Of a stretch of 64,000 nt of DNA, positions 50,900 to 64,000 are shown piece after piece; the stretch's first letter is position 1; each line of letters begins with the position of its first letter. The notes under the pieces were generated by a model that saw nothing but the letters and a program-made list of their open reading frames with translations, did no database searches and was not told the origin of the DNA. This stretch comes from Chrysomallon squamiferum (Eukaryota; Animalia; Mollusca): assembly GCA_012295275.1 (NCBI GenBank), contig CM022677.1, forward strand, positions 9,052,001-9,116,000, read 5' to 3'. The translations under genes and the position numbers were made by a program.

Positions 50900-53760
50900 C
50901 ACATTCGTGTTCTCGTCATCTGAAGATAAAATACAGAGACTATGAATATTTACATAATATTAGCAATTTACACATCGTTATAATGATAACATTTATATAT
51001 CCTTTTTTCTCGTCATCTGAAGAACATATATAAAATAAGAGACTATGACTATTTACTTACCACCATATCAAATTATGGTAAAGATTTTTAACAAAGATTT
51101 CACAAGAATTCTCTGATCTTGTAGAAGTAAAATTTGGTTATATGTTTTTTTATAGAATATATAAACAGTACTGAAATTTACATAAATTAGCAATTTACAT
51201 ACCCTTATATCAAATTATGATATAAAATTTAATAACTGTGATTCTCATAAATTCTCTAGACTTTGCAAGGTAACTCTTAAGAATTCTGTGATTTTGGAAG
51301 TTTAAAACTTAATTAAAAAATATAAATTAGCAAGTAATAGACTGGTACAGTGTGGTTATTTACAAAAGTTAGCAAATGCTTGGCCTCATATGAAATTATT
51401 AATAAAATTTAGTAACTGTTCATCACAGATTCTCTTATCTGCACAACACTGATGTAATGAGAATATTTACAAAGATTAGCAATTTACAAACCTCACAATT
51501 TATTTAATAGATTATTTTTTTACACAAGAACATTACAACTTGCAGAATTAAAACGTGGTGATATGTAAATATAAGCAGTATAAGTATTTATATCCATTAC
51601 CAAGGAAAACATTATACGATGTAATAAGCAAATATTTACAAAAATTAACAATTATTTATATTTATGATAATTTAGTAACATTATGCAGATTTTTCACTAC
51701 AAACTTTAGTGATATGTATATAGAAACAGTATTAATAATTTCATATATTAGCAATTCACTCCTATCACAGTTATGATAAACTTTGGTAACATTTATTGAT
51801 TATTTTTTCACAAGAACTTTTTTACCTTGCAACAATAAAACGTGGTGATAGGTATATAGAAAGAAATTAAAATTTACATATTAGCAATTGAAATGTCATG
51901 ATACAATTCAGTAATATTTTGAGATTGTTCACAAGAACTCTTTCAGGAGTGAAACTGGTGAGAAAGACAGTTTGAATGTTTACAGTATTCAAAGATTACA
52001 GGTTAAAACTCCCTCATCAAGATAAAATTCACTAACATTTGTAGACATCACAAAAATTGTGTTACTTTGGAGGATTAAACCATGCCTGCAAAAACTATGA
52101 AATATAGATTATATAGATTTCTATAGAATAGAACTGTACTCAACAACATAACAATTGTGACAAAATGTCAGTAATATTTGTTGTGTACATTTGTTTATAG
52201 CTTTGTTACTATGCAAAATATTACAGTTAAATAATGAAGAAAAATAGTGATAACAACAAAACAACATATAGAAAATACAGAAAAAAAATGTATTCATTAT
52301 ATATGTAGGTATATATATTTTGCATGTGTACGTGTGGTTGTTAAATTTTATATATAATTTTATAGTTATTTTCTCAGAGTTATACAGATTTTAGCTCTTT
52401 TTTTATTATCAAATTTGGTTACATGTTATTTTTACAAAATATATAAACAGTACTAAAATTTACATAAATTAGCAATTTACATAACCTTAAAAGACATTTA
52501 GATTAGTATATATTTATTTATTTACAGTTTATTTATGGACTTTTTATATGAACATTTTTTTTAAATATATTTATTTACAGTTTATTTATGGACTTTTTAT
52601 ATATAATATTTTTATATATAATATAATCAAGCTATATTACTGACATTCCATAAGCCAAAATTCATAATTTTTCATTTCCTGTTACTTTTTTAATATTTCT
52701 TTTTCCGTTTAGAAAATAAACTTGCTTTCTTATGATAATGTTATATTTCTATTTACACTGGAGAAATTCTTTTTAAAATGTAAGAAGAAAAATTATATAT
52801 TAATTATAATCCGTTAGATAGTTCTCTTTCTACGATGATAATTTTTTCTACGATGTTTATAATGCTGACACATCATAGCACACAAATTCTATTTTGTTTT
52901 TACTGTAGAAATAATAATCTATATTTTCTATCAAAAATTAATTATTAAATAATAAAGCTCCCTTTTTAATATTTCTCTTTTTCAACGGGAGATTATGTTA
53001 TAAAAATTTTGTTTGTGAAATATAATATTATATAACATACCTTATTTATTTTTTATTAATAATCTCGGTTGTCTATTAAAATATGATTATTATGAAAAAA
53101 GCTCCCATTTTTAATGATAAGGTTATATTTTGTATTTTTCAAAAGGGGAGATTACAGTATACAAATTCTATTTATGTATCTAATATTACTTGTAAAAAGC
53201 ACTCTATTTAGTTGTTATTGCAGGAAGAATAATCTGTTTTCTGTAACAGTGTAATTATTTAATATCCAGCTCCTTCTCTGTGGTAATGGTTGGATTTCTA
53301 TTTTCAGCTATAGGGGAGAAATATAAATTCAATTTGTGAATTGTATATGAAGAAATGATTCCTTTATTTATTTATATGTACTGTAAGAAGAATAATCTAT
53401 ATTTTCTTTTAAAATATAATTATTTAATATAAAGCTTGTTCTGTATGGTAATGGTTATATTTGTATATTTCAACAGGAGAGATTATAAAATATAAATTCT
53501 GTTTGTGAACAGTGATGTAAAAATGTTTTTCCTTTATTTAATTTTATTGTAGGAAGAATAATCTATATTTTCTATTAAAATAAAATCATTCAATTATAAA
53601 GCTCCCTTTATTTAATTATATCTCTGTGATATACAAATCTATATATATATAATTGTTCCTGTTATAGACTATTCTATAATGGTTCAACAAAGGGCAGATT
53701 ATGATATGCTAATTCTATCTGTGTTTAATATAAAGCTTCTTATGTTTTGTGTAAAATAAA
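50900..53760. repeat. Two old degenerate repeat arrays downstream of the WDR49-like stop
   Basis: 50900-52500 has recurring ttagcaatttac units, with 51131-51207 duplicated at ~52411-52489. 52700-53760 has ~160-bp units containing gtaggaagaataatctatattttct, aaagctccc, ggttatattt and ggagattat. Confidence 0.7.
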
Positions 53761-54157
53761 TAAAAAACAATAATTTAATTATCTTTCTTTTTTCATCTGC
53801 ATATGAAAATTCTGTTTATGCAATGAAGTAATAATGAAAAATGCTTCCAATCTTTTTTCTTTTTTTTAAATATATGAATGTTCCATACTGTACGTTATTT
53901 GTTTACAAAGCTCTCTCAGTGTGACAGTAGTTTCACAATTACAGTGTTTTACTAGTTGTTTACTTACCAAATTAAGTTTATTGTGATGTAAAGTGAAATC
54001 CTAACATGTAGCCTCTTGTATTCACTTAAATCACATTTTTATTATGTTAATTGCGTGTTTATAGTGTGAATTTTGGTTGAGTTACAAATTTAGAAAGAGA
54101 GAAAGAATGTAATGGAATGTAAGTTTGTGTATATATTTATAGATATATATGTAGTAA

Positions 54158-54195
<38 letters not shown>

Positions 54196-55527
54196 ACTTG
54201 TGTAGATGTATACCTATGTGTGTCAGCATATATGGAATGTGTATTTGTACATATGTAAATATATATGCATGTAAACATGTATATCAGTGTGTGTGTGTGC
54301 ATGTGTTTGTGGTAGGGGTTTGTAGATGTTTGTATATATGCGTGTGATATATATATATATACCACAATATAAAATTAAATAAATAGAATCTACAGTATTA
54401 GAAGGAAAACAAATACTTATACTTTAATGGAAAATATATTTATATTGACTGAATATGTATTATCAATATTATTTAATACAATTATTATTTTTTATTTTTT
54501 TACCTTCAGCTGTGGTCACAGAACTTTTGTATGTTGTAAATAACAGAATTTTGTAATTAACTGCATATTGAAATCAGATGTAAAAAAACATACTTGTGTT
54601 GTTTTTATCTGTACACTGAAAACCATCTAGGGTAAGAATTTGTATTTTACATATTTTTTAAGAATGGTAATAAAAGTTTTGAGATGTGTTTTGAGGTTTC
54701 TGTGTTCTTTTTCAGATTTAGGGTAAAGTAGTCTGAAGATATTTTTATTTATTATTAAAATGTGACCCAATCCATTAAATCAGGGCATAAGTCATACAAG
54801 AAATTAAGAAATCTATTTTTATAACCACTAAAATTCTAGAGTTCTTTTCATTGGTAGTTTCAAGATATTAACTCATTTATTTGCATCAGTTTCCTAGATT
54901 ATTTCGTCTGCAGCAATCAGGAAGAATTATTTTATTATGAATAAAAATGTTCTTATGAAAGAAAATGCAGCCTTTGTCTTAATAATCTTTCTTTTTTTCT
55001 ACGTAGTAGTAGTTTCTTTTTTTAATTTGTCTGAATAAACCGTTCTTTCATTTGATTTATATCGTACATTTTTATTTTTTTAATTCTCTTTTATGTTTCA
55101 CAAAATAAAATAACAGAAAAAAAAATCTCAGTAAATGAACTAAAATGTTTTTATTTGTTTCTTGTATGAAATCTTTTTTCTCTAAATTCTCTGCTACAGT
55201 TCACAAACAAAAAGAATAATGAGTAATGCTGTAAGCTAACCGGGCGCGTGCTACGCGAGCTACACAACATTTTTTCTATCCTAATCAGACGCGAACAAAG
55301 CGACAAAATCAGATTTGAAACTTTGATCCACCACTGAAGACAAGTCAAACTTATCCAAGAAGCTTATACATGCATATTATTACTAAAACACACACATTAC
55401 TCACCAGGTAAACTTAGAGTTTTTCCAGGATTTTTCCAGGCATTTTCTTTTCTGATGTTATCTTTGTACATTGACAAATAAAAATCAAACAGTATTGGAT
55501 GTACTAGGGGACACCACAGACATTTTT

Positions 55528-55917
55528 CATGGCCGAATTTAGCATTATTAAATTAATTAAATTAGCCATTTTCAAAATTTAATGAAAAATGAATAAGTCC
55601 TGTTATAAAGCGTTCTCTCCTGTGTTATCATGTTTATCCCGCAAAATAAAGTACACTGTGCTCGCAGATTGGAAGTTAATCAAGTTTTGAACAAGTCTAG
55701 TACGCGCTTGATAAAAGGAAAAAAATTGCAGACAATTATTCAACTATAAATAAAATGGAAGCATACAGAAATAAATATTATTTTCTTTTTTACTGTAAGT
55801 TTTGTTTAATTTTGAATTTTCGATAAATAAAATGTTGTTTTATTGTTTATATTTTGAATTACAAATGTTTGAAGGCACCAAATTTTTTATTGCTTACGGC
55901 CTCTTAAACCGGTCATG
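55528..55917. mobile_element. Possible degenerate non-autonomous DNA transposon (MITE; CAGGGCCGG-type, hAT-like termini)
   Basis: Left end catggccgaattta and right end taaaccggtcatg form an imperfect inverted pair, with subterminal ggcaccaaa...ttgcttacggcctc. No target-site duplication is visible. Confidence 0.3.
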
Positions 55918-56715
55918 CTGGGAAAATAACCTTGTTTGAGATTGGTTAATATATTTTAGATGCTCATGACACACGTCAAATATAGAAACAATTCCTATCA
56001 GTATTTTGTCGCGCCGTACGCATGAAGTCAATAGTTTCCAAAAGAAAGCTCGCATCGCTCACGTTGTATGCGTCCAGTTAGTTTGCACCATAAGTCAGCT
56101 TATTAGCATGTAGCAAATGGCAACAATAGAATCAACATCTGTTTTAAATAAATAATAAAGTTTTTCTGTTTGCTCTAGTATGAATTCTATTTTCTCTAAA
56201 TTTTCTTCCAGAGCTGACAGAAAAAATGGATAGTCAGCTCATTTTCATGTGGCAATAACAGAACACACATTTTAGTAGAAAATATAAAAAATATTTTATT
56301 TGTCCAACTATGGATTTACTATATCTCTGAAACAAAAATGCTAGACAGGCAGTAACAGTTAAGTGTTGTATTAACTCTGAGGTTGTAGCAGAGTGATTTG
56401 CTTCTGGTTTATTTGTGTGATTTAAAAGATACAACGTCACTCCATCAAGTACCTGCAATGACATCACAACCTCAGTGGGACCTTTTACTAAAAAGGATAT
56501 TTTATTTCTTGCTGTCAATGCTCAAATAAAATACTCTCCCACTCAGTCATGGGATTACTCACTAATCACACATTTACACACTACCCCAGCTAAATCCTAC
56601 ACCCAAGGTATACATATACATGTAATTCAGTCTTAAAACAAAATACTGACAATGCTAATTTACCAGGGTCAGCTCTAAAACCCCAGTGAAAATATAGCAA
56701 CCTGACAAAACAAAA

Positions 56716-58093
56716 CAGTCACACAGCTGAGATGTACTGTCAGCTGTTGAGTCACACAGCTGAGATGTATAGACAGCTGTTGAGTCCACAGCTGAGATGT
56801 ACAGTCAGCTATTGCGTCACACAGCTGAGATGTAGTCAGCTGTTGAGTCACACAGCTGAGATGTATAGCCAGCTGTTGAGTCACACAGCTGAGATGTACT
56901 GTCAGCTGTTGAGTCACACAGCTGAGATGTATAGCCAGCTGTTGAGTCACACAGCTGAGATGTATAGCCAGCTATTGAGTCACACAGCTGAGATGTATAG
57001 TCAACTTTTGAGTCACCCAGCTGAGATATACAGTCCGCTGTTCAGTCACAGCTGAGATGTATAGCCAGCTGTTGAGTCACACAGCTGAGATGTATAGACA
57101 TCTGTTGAGTCACACAGCTGAGATGTATAGCCAGCTGTTGAGTCACACAGCTGAGATGTATAGACATCTGTTGAGTCACACAGCTGAGATGTATAGCCAG
57201 CTGTTGAGTCACACAGCTGAGATGTATAGACATCTGTTGAGTCACACAGCTGAGATGTATAGCCAGCTGTTGAGTCACACAGCTGAGATGTACAGTCAGC
57301 TATTGCGTCACACAGCTGAGATGTATAGCCAGCTGTTGAGTCACACAGCTGAGATGTACTGTCAGCTGTTGAGTCACACAGCTGAGATGTATAGTCAACC
57401 TTTGAGTCACCCAGCTGAGATGTACTGTCACTGTTGAGTCACACAGCTGAGATGTACTGTCAGCTGTTGAGTCACAGCTGAGATGTACTGTCAGCTGTTG
57501 AGTCACAGCTGAGATGTACTGTCAGCTGTTGAGTCACACAGCTGAGATGTATAGCCAGCTGTTGAGTCACACAGCTAAGATGTACTGTCAGCTGTTGAGT
57601 CACACAGCTGAGATGTAGTCAGCTGTTGAGTCACACAGCTGAGATGTACTGTCAGCTGTTGAGTCACACAGCTGAGATGTACTGTCAGCTGTTCAGTCAC
57701 AGCTGATATGTATAGTCAGACTGTTGAGTCACACAGCTGAGATGTATAGCCAGCTGTTGAGTCACACAGCTAAGATGTACTGTCACTGTTGAGTCACACA
57801 GCTGAGATGTAGTCAGCTGTTGAGTCACACAGCTGAGATGTATAGTCAACCTTTGAGTCACCCAGCTGAGATATACAGTCAGCTGTTCAGTCACAGCTGA
57901 TATGTATAGTAGACTGTTGAGTCACACAGCTGAGATGTACAGTCAGCTGTTGAGTCACACACCTGAGATGTACAGTCAGCTGTTGAGTCACACACCTGAG
58001 ATGTACAGTCAGCTGTTGAGTCACACACCTGAGATGTACAGTCAGCTGTTGAGTCACACACCTGAGATGTGTAGTCAACTGTTGAGTCACACA
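56716..58093. repeat. 33-bp GC-richer satellite, roughly 42 copies
   Basis: Unit cagctgttgagtcacacagctgagatgtatagc; it explains the MYSQLLSHTAE and TQQLAIHLSCV repeat ORFs. Confidence 0.97.
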
Positions 58094-58983
58094 GGTGGTA
58101 GACAAAGCAGAATCCATGTGACTGAATTAGTAAATCTTACGTACTGACTATGTTACAGATTTTTACAACAAAGAACATTTAAGTTTAAAACTTGTTTATT
58201 CTCCTTCAAAAATGATACATATACTTTAACTCTGATTCAGAACAAACCAGACAGTAACCCATGCAATACAGATTTGACAAAATATTTTATAGAACTGAGA
58301 GTTATGTCTACCGAGATGAGAACCTGTGTTGATAATCAAAACAAAAGTAAAAATAAACAATGAAATTATATGATGAACCAAAAAAAAAAATGTCAAAATT
58401 ATTTAAAATAAAATAAAAAGAAATAAAAAGAAAGAAATAAAATAAATAAATAAGCAACAAAACCAGATATAAATAAACCAAAAAAAAAAAAAAAAAAAGT
58501 TTGAATTTTTTTTAAATAAACAAAAGCAAGAAACAAAATTTACAATTTATGTAACACAATAAATAATTATAAATAATTTTATACAGTTATATGGCATAGC
58601 AATAAGTAATATAAATAATTAAATAAATACATAAATAAATAAATAAATAAATAAATAAGCAAACTGGAAAAGGGAACTATTAGTATATTACAACAACATA
58701 TTTTAATTCAGATTTACTTCAGTAATGGAGTACTGAGGCTACACTGTTTATCTGTATGTTTGTATGTGTGTCTGTACATTGAAACTAAAACTAATATATC
58801 ACAACAAGTTAAAGAGGAAGATAGTGTTTTTTGTTGTTTTGTTGCTGTTTTTTTAATAAGGAATGTTCAAAAACTAATAATAAACAAAAACAAAACAAGT
58901 AAATGTAACGATATATTGCATTAATTTAAAAGAACTAGTAATAATAATTCAAAAAATAATAATATGTAAATAAATAATAATAA

Positions 58984-59045
<62 letters not shown>

Positions 59046-59262
59046 GAGTTTGGTTGTTAAATTTATCCAGTTTTGGAGTGTTTTAATTTGTAAAGATTTT
59101 CATTATTGTTTTTAATTCAAAAATCATTATTAAACTAATAATAACTGAAATAATATTAAAATTAAATATAAAGTTGAAACAAAAAGCAATAATATAAAAT
59201 AGGAAGCTAAAGAGGACTGAGATCAGCATATGAATTATCCTAATTGTTATTATTAATATTAA

Positions 59263-59301
<39 letters not shown>

Positions 59302-59846
59302 GTATCAAACTCCAGTGATGTTCCAAAATACATTAATCAAGAAGTATTCCAAAAAGAAAGCTTACAATTAATACCTGAAGATAGGTGGCACCTGAAAAAG
59401 GGTGACACATGAAGATGGGTGACACCTGAACATAGGTGATCAGTTCAAAACATGAAATAACAGAGGTATAAATAGAAAGCATCTTTGTAATAATAATATT
59501 ATTTATATTAGAATTTCTGTAACTTTACATGAATTTAAAAAAAAAAATGAACTTGTAATATCACCACTATAGATACACTAATACAGTAAGAAACACAATC
59601 CCAGCATGCTTTAGTCTCAATCTGTACAGACCAATCAAATGGAGAGAAAATGTTTCAAATAATTATATCCATTAATTATAATAATAATAAAATTTGTAGT
59701 TTTCATTGGCTTAGTTGTTTTATGCAAATTAGTTAACCTAGGCTGGAGTATATATATATATATATATATTTATATATGTGAAATTATAAAATACAAATAT
59801 TTATTAAATTATTTAACAAAATAATAGAAAATAACTTACAATATAT

Positions 59847-59929
<83 letters not shown>

Positions 59930-60188
59930 CCTACACACATACATTCATACACATGACATACACATGGCACAACTCACACAAACACACATACAAAAAAGAT
60001 TATGATAAAATTTATCCAGTGCCAGAAAGGTACACTTAATATTACAGTTTACATCTTGAGAATGATGTGGTAATAATACTTATACATTAAACTGAATGCA
60101 GAATTCCCAGATTATTTAAAATATATTCTTTTTATTTATTATTTTTTTAATGCAATTAGTTTATTTTATATAGGTTTTGATCAGTGTG

Positions 60189-60225
<37 letters not shown>

Positions 60226-60547
60226 CTATTACTTTTGTTAATAATTTATTATTTTGTTATTGTTTTATTTATTTATTTATTTATATTTGAATATTTCAAA
60301 ATCAAATTTATCACATAAATTCTCAACAGAAGAATTAAGAATTAGAAATTCATATTTCTTTAAAATGAAAATAAGAAAAAAAAAAAAAATTAATGAAATT
60401 AATAAACAAAGAATGATAAGTATTCTTTTTAAACAACTACATGAATTCTTATTTTTAAGCTAAACATTCTTTTTTAAACAACCTATATATAATATATTCA
60501 ACAAAACATCAAAATTTAACAATGAAATAACACAACAAAACCAAAAC

Positions 60548-60581
<34 letters not shown>

Positions 60582-61489
60582 AAATATATATAAAAAGAAA
60601 ATTGGACTGGAATTATTACAAAATGCTTTCATCTTCATCTTTCAAAAACATGTAAACAAAATCAAATTAAAATCATTTTATCAACAAAAATGTTGATATA
60701 ACCAAACAACTTTCCATGAAAAATCAACCATGCATGTCATGAACACAATATATAATTTATTAAATTTGTAATCTTACTGTTTAACTCTTTCTCAGTCATG
60801 TTATGAGACATTTATTTTGCAATGAATGTTTTTTTTCTGCTGCTAGAGCAAACTAAACTAATTCTATGATTTACTGTAAAAATCAATCAACATTTCCTTC
60901 ATTTTCCAAATACTTAAAATAAAAATTACAATATTTAAACTAATGTTTCTTTATCACCACACTGGTCCCAAATACCCAGTTGTTTTTTAAAATAAGATAA
61001 TTACAAAATAAACAATTTTAAAAAATGTTTCTAATAATTCCTTGTTTTTTAAATTAATAATTAGGCTATTTTTCAAACATTTAATATCCTATTCTTAAAT
61101 TATTTTTGTTCCAGTTTTAAAAAATATCACCACTGATACAGAAAAAAAAAAAAACGAATAAAATAAAATAAAATAAAACAAACTGTTTTGTCAAAATCAG
61201 ACAGGTTATGGTTGAAAACTGGATAATAATTTTTTCTTTTTCTAGCAGCAGAATGACAAATTATTGCAAAATATTTCCTAAAATCTCACGACTGACCTAA
61301 ACTTGGCAAGATTACTTTAACTAAATAAGGCACAATTTTGAAAACAATAAAACAAAATGTGTGACTTAAAAAAAAAGAATAAAATAAAATAAAAAAATCT
61401 GAGATTAAATTAATCATTAACATAATAGGTATTTTTAAAATTACCCATTTTATAATCTTCATCATTATTATATTTATTATCATTGTTAA

Positions 61490-61526
<37 letters not shown>

Positions 61527-61674
61527 GTTATTATTATTATTTTTTGAATTACAGCAAAATTGTTGTTTTTGTGATCAAAAGACTACAATGGAAGGGAGAT
61601 AATTCAAATATTTGTTGCACCTGTTAATGAAATGGTTATTGCCATAAAACATATAAGACTGAATCTCCTTAACT

Positions 61675-61705
<31 letters not shown>

Positions 61706-62769
61706 TTTTTGTTGTTGTTACCATAGATGTTTTTTATCTGGACCATTTGTATAATTTAGATAAATAATTATTTAGAAATTTGCAAATAGATTTTGGACAG
61801 AAAAAAGACAGTAATATCACATTATAATTAACCAATACCCATCATTAATAATAATTATTATTACTGTAATATTATTATTAGCAGTAATAATATTCCAGAT
61901 GCATATTTAAAATAATAAAAATAAAAATTAGAATAAGAATATAGTAGTAGTAATAATAATAATAATAATAATAATAATCATGATAATTTTGCATTACAGC
62001 CTTTTGATTATGTATCAAATGCCCCAAACAAAAATATATAAAAAGAAAACAAAAGAATTAAATTTCTTATCCTATCTAACTAAAATCTACAGTTATCATA
62101 ATATACAAACATAAATAACAAATGTCATACAGATTAACACAATAATTTTGCATGAAGTGTGATTTAATTTTCACTACATCAGTAATAACTTTATGTGTAA
62201 AAATGGCTTCAGATCCCACACATGTGCATCAGTGTCACAAATTACCAAATTCAGTTCACTAGAAACAAGTAATTTTTAAATTGAGAACAGTAATGAAGGT
62301 ATTTACATAACAGCCTTTTTCAAAAATTCACAATAACATTGTCACGAACAGAAAATGATTTACTGAAAGGTAACCTTCTGTTAATATCATTTATTTTAAT
62401 ATTTCAAGTGTTCAGGGTAACATTGTCATGAACAGAAAATTATTTACTGAAAGGTAATCTCCTCTAAATTATTTTATAAATATTTGGAAGTACTGTAACA
62501 ATGAAACTGAAAGAAGGAAAAAAAGATTTTAGTTTTTTTTGTTATTTAAATAATCACTCTCATTGTCACTGGCCCAGGATGAGTATAAAAAGTTCACATG
62601 TTAATTTTCATTACATAAACACCAGAATAAAACAACAGAAACCTGCTACCATTTTACTTTACATATAAATATCTGTATTTGTTCTTTATGAATTGTGCAC
62701 TGTCAGTATTTATGAAACTATTTGACAATACCAGCTTTCTGGCTGATAAAATGATACTAACAGATAATA

Positions 62770-63540
62770 ATTTGACATCTTTAACAAACAATATCAAGAT
62801 CTAAAAACAACACTAATACATTGCCAGGATCTGAAGACAATTTTAGTACAATGCTAGAATCTGAAAACAACATCAGTGCAATGCCAGGATCTTATAACAA
62901 AAATGTTGTGTTCAAACCACATTCTACAAACACAGTATCAGGATCTGATAGTTCACTAAGGAGCTAGGAACAATATTTAACATTAATTAGGATACTGTCA
63001 GAATGTTATAAGGATATCATCAGCTCTAATAACAGTATCAGGATCCAGGCACTAGGATCTGGAACTCTCAATACAGGGTTTAATAAAAATAATTCTTCTG
63101 ATCCAAACAAATATAAGGATCCAAACAAGAACAGACAGAATCAGGATATCAGAGTCATAATATAAAACAAGTTTGAATCACAATTCTGGTCTGACAATAT
63201 CAGGATATTGAATAAATGACAATGTAGGATCTTTAGATATCAAACTGTAGTAAATCACAATTCTATCCTGACAATATGAGGATCTTGAATCAGTAATAAT
63301 GTAGACAGATGGAGGAATTAAAAACCATAATAATTTAATAATAATTCACCTCTGACAGTATCAGGATCTCAAAGCAAAACAGACAGATTCAGACTTTAAT
63401 AGTTGTAATTCAAAAACTGACACAAGGATCAAAAACAAGAACAGACAGAACAAGGACAAAAACAAGAACAGACAGAACAAGGACAAAAACAAGACCTAAT
63501 AATACTTCTGCTCTGACAGTCTCAGGATCCAGAAACTGGA
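62770..63540. repeat. Degenerate (tatc)aggatct-containing repeat region with a 27-bp tandem
   Basis: More than ten aggatc motifs; aaaaacaagaacagacagaacaaggac occurs about 2.5 times at 63430-63495. Confidence 0.65.
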
Positions 63541-64000
63541 ATTGTTAACTAACAACTTCAAAATCCTGTAACAATTAAGACCATACACATCCTGGGTTCC
63601 TGAAATATTTTGTTTGCCCGTATCGAAACAAGTCTCATAATTTAACAATTTCAATATCTTATGATAATTACACATTAATATGTTTTATTTTTTTCTAATA
63701 AGGAACATTTTTTTCCTAATATAACTATTTTTGTTTTGATTTTGATTATCAGATTTAAGATTTATATATTCTTAAGAACTTCCTAATTTCTGTATTATAA
63801 TGAAGAGCATAAAACCTTGACAGCACAGTTTTGAGGTTTTAGTAGTAAATTATTTTATACACTTATTCCCGCAAAGTATTATAAATCCTAATTTGACTTT
63901 AAAAAATGTTGATAGAATGTTTTATTTCAAGTATGTTAATAACAGAAATAATGAACTACAGAATATTTCTTCTTTAAACATCAGTCTTAAAAAACAAAAT

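Noticed and set aside
56716-58093. CRISPR-like array or repeat protein (MYSQLLSHTAE)n
   Set aside because: The variable parts are only 5-9 nt and recur, there are no unique spacers or cas genes, and the context is eukaryotic. The ORFs are open on both strands only because the unit is 33 nt, and they are broken by indel units.
58100-64000. Coding exons in the last 6 kb
   Set aside because: I could not recognise any splice-flanked open segment with protein-like composition. The region may be intergenic or the long 3' UTR/intron of a gene outside the window.

Overview
AT-rich, microsatellite-dense animal genomic DNA, plausibly a mollusc or other lophotrochozoan (not provable from sequence). It is not prokaryotic, and most ORFs in the supplied track are simple-repeat artefacts. 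Manual splicing gives four protein-coding genes. (1) The 5' part of a minus-strand coiled-coil gene, weakly FAM186-like (6478 to <86), with a GC-AG intron and a 24-nt microexon. (2) A complete 11-exon CCDC174 (minus, 15748-8202, 730 aa). (3) A complete 28-exon EF-hand + WD40 gene, WDR49-like (plus, 19747-50875, 1132 aa), with a candidate 9-nt UGC-type microexon. (4) A GT31 beta-1,3-galactosyltransferase nested antisense in intron 25 of the WDR49-like gene, whose frame is broken near 41250 and can be repaired by a short intron or one base. The most striking unexplained pattern is that about ten intronic tandem repeats are copies of the adjacent exon/intron boundary, creating arrays of decoy splice sites, one intact in-frame duplicate exon and one AG|GT ladder. 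Also present are RFX X-box-like motifs and a 1.4-kb palindromic 33-bp satellite carrying AP-1 and E-box motifs. All coordinates were read by eye, and family names come from recall rather than a database search.
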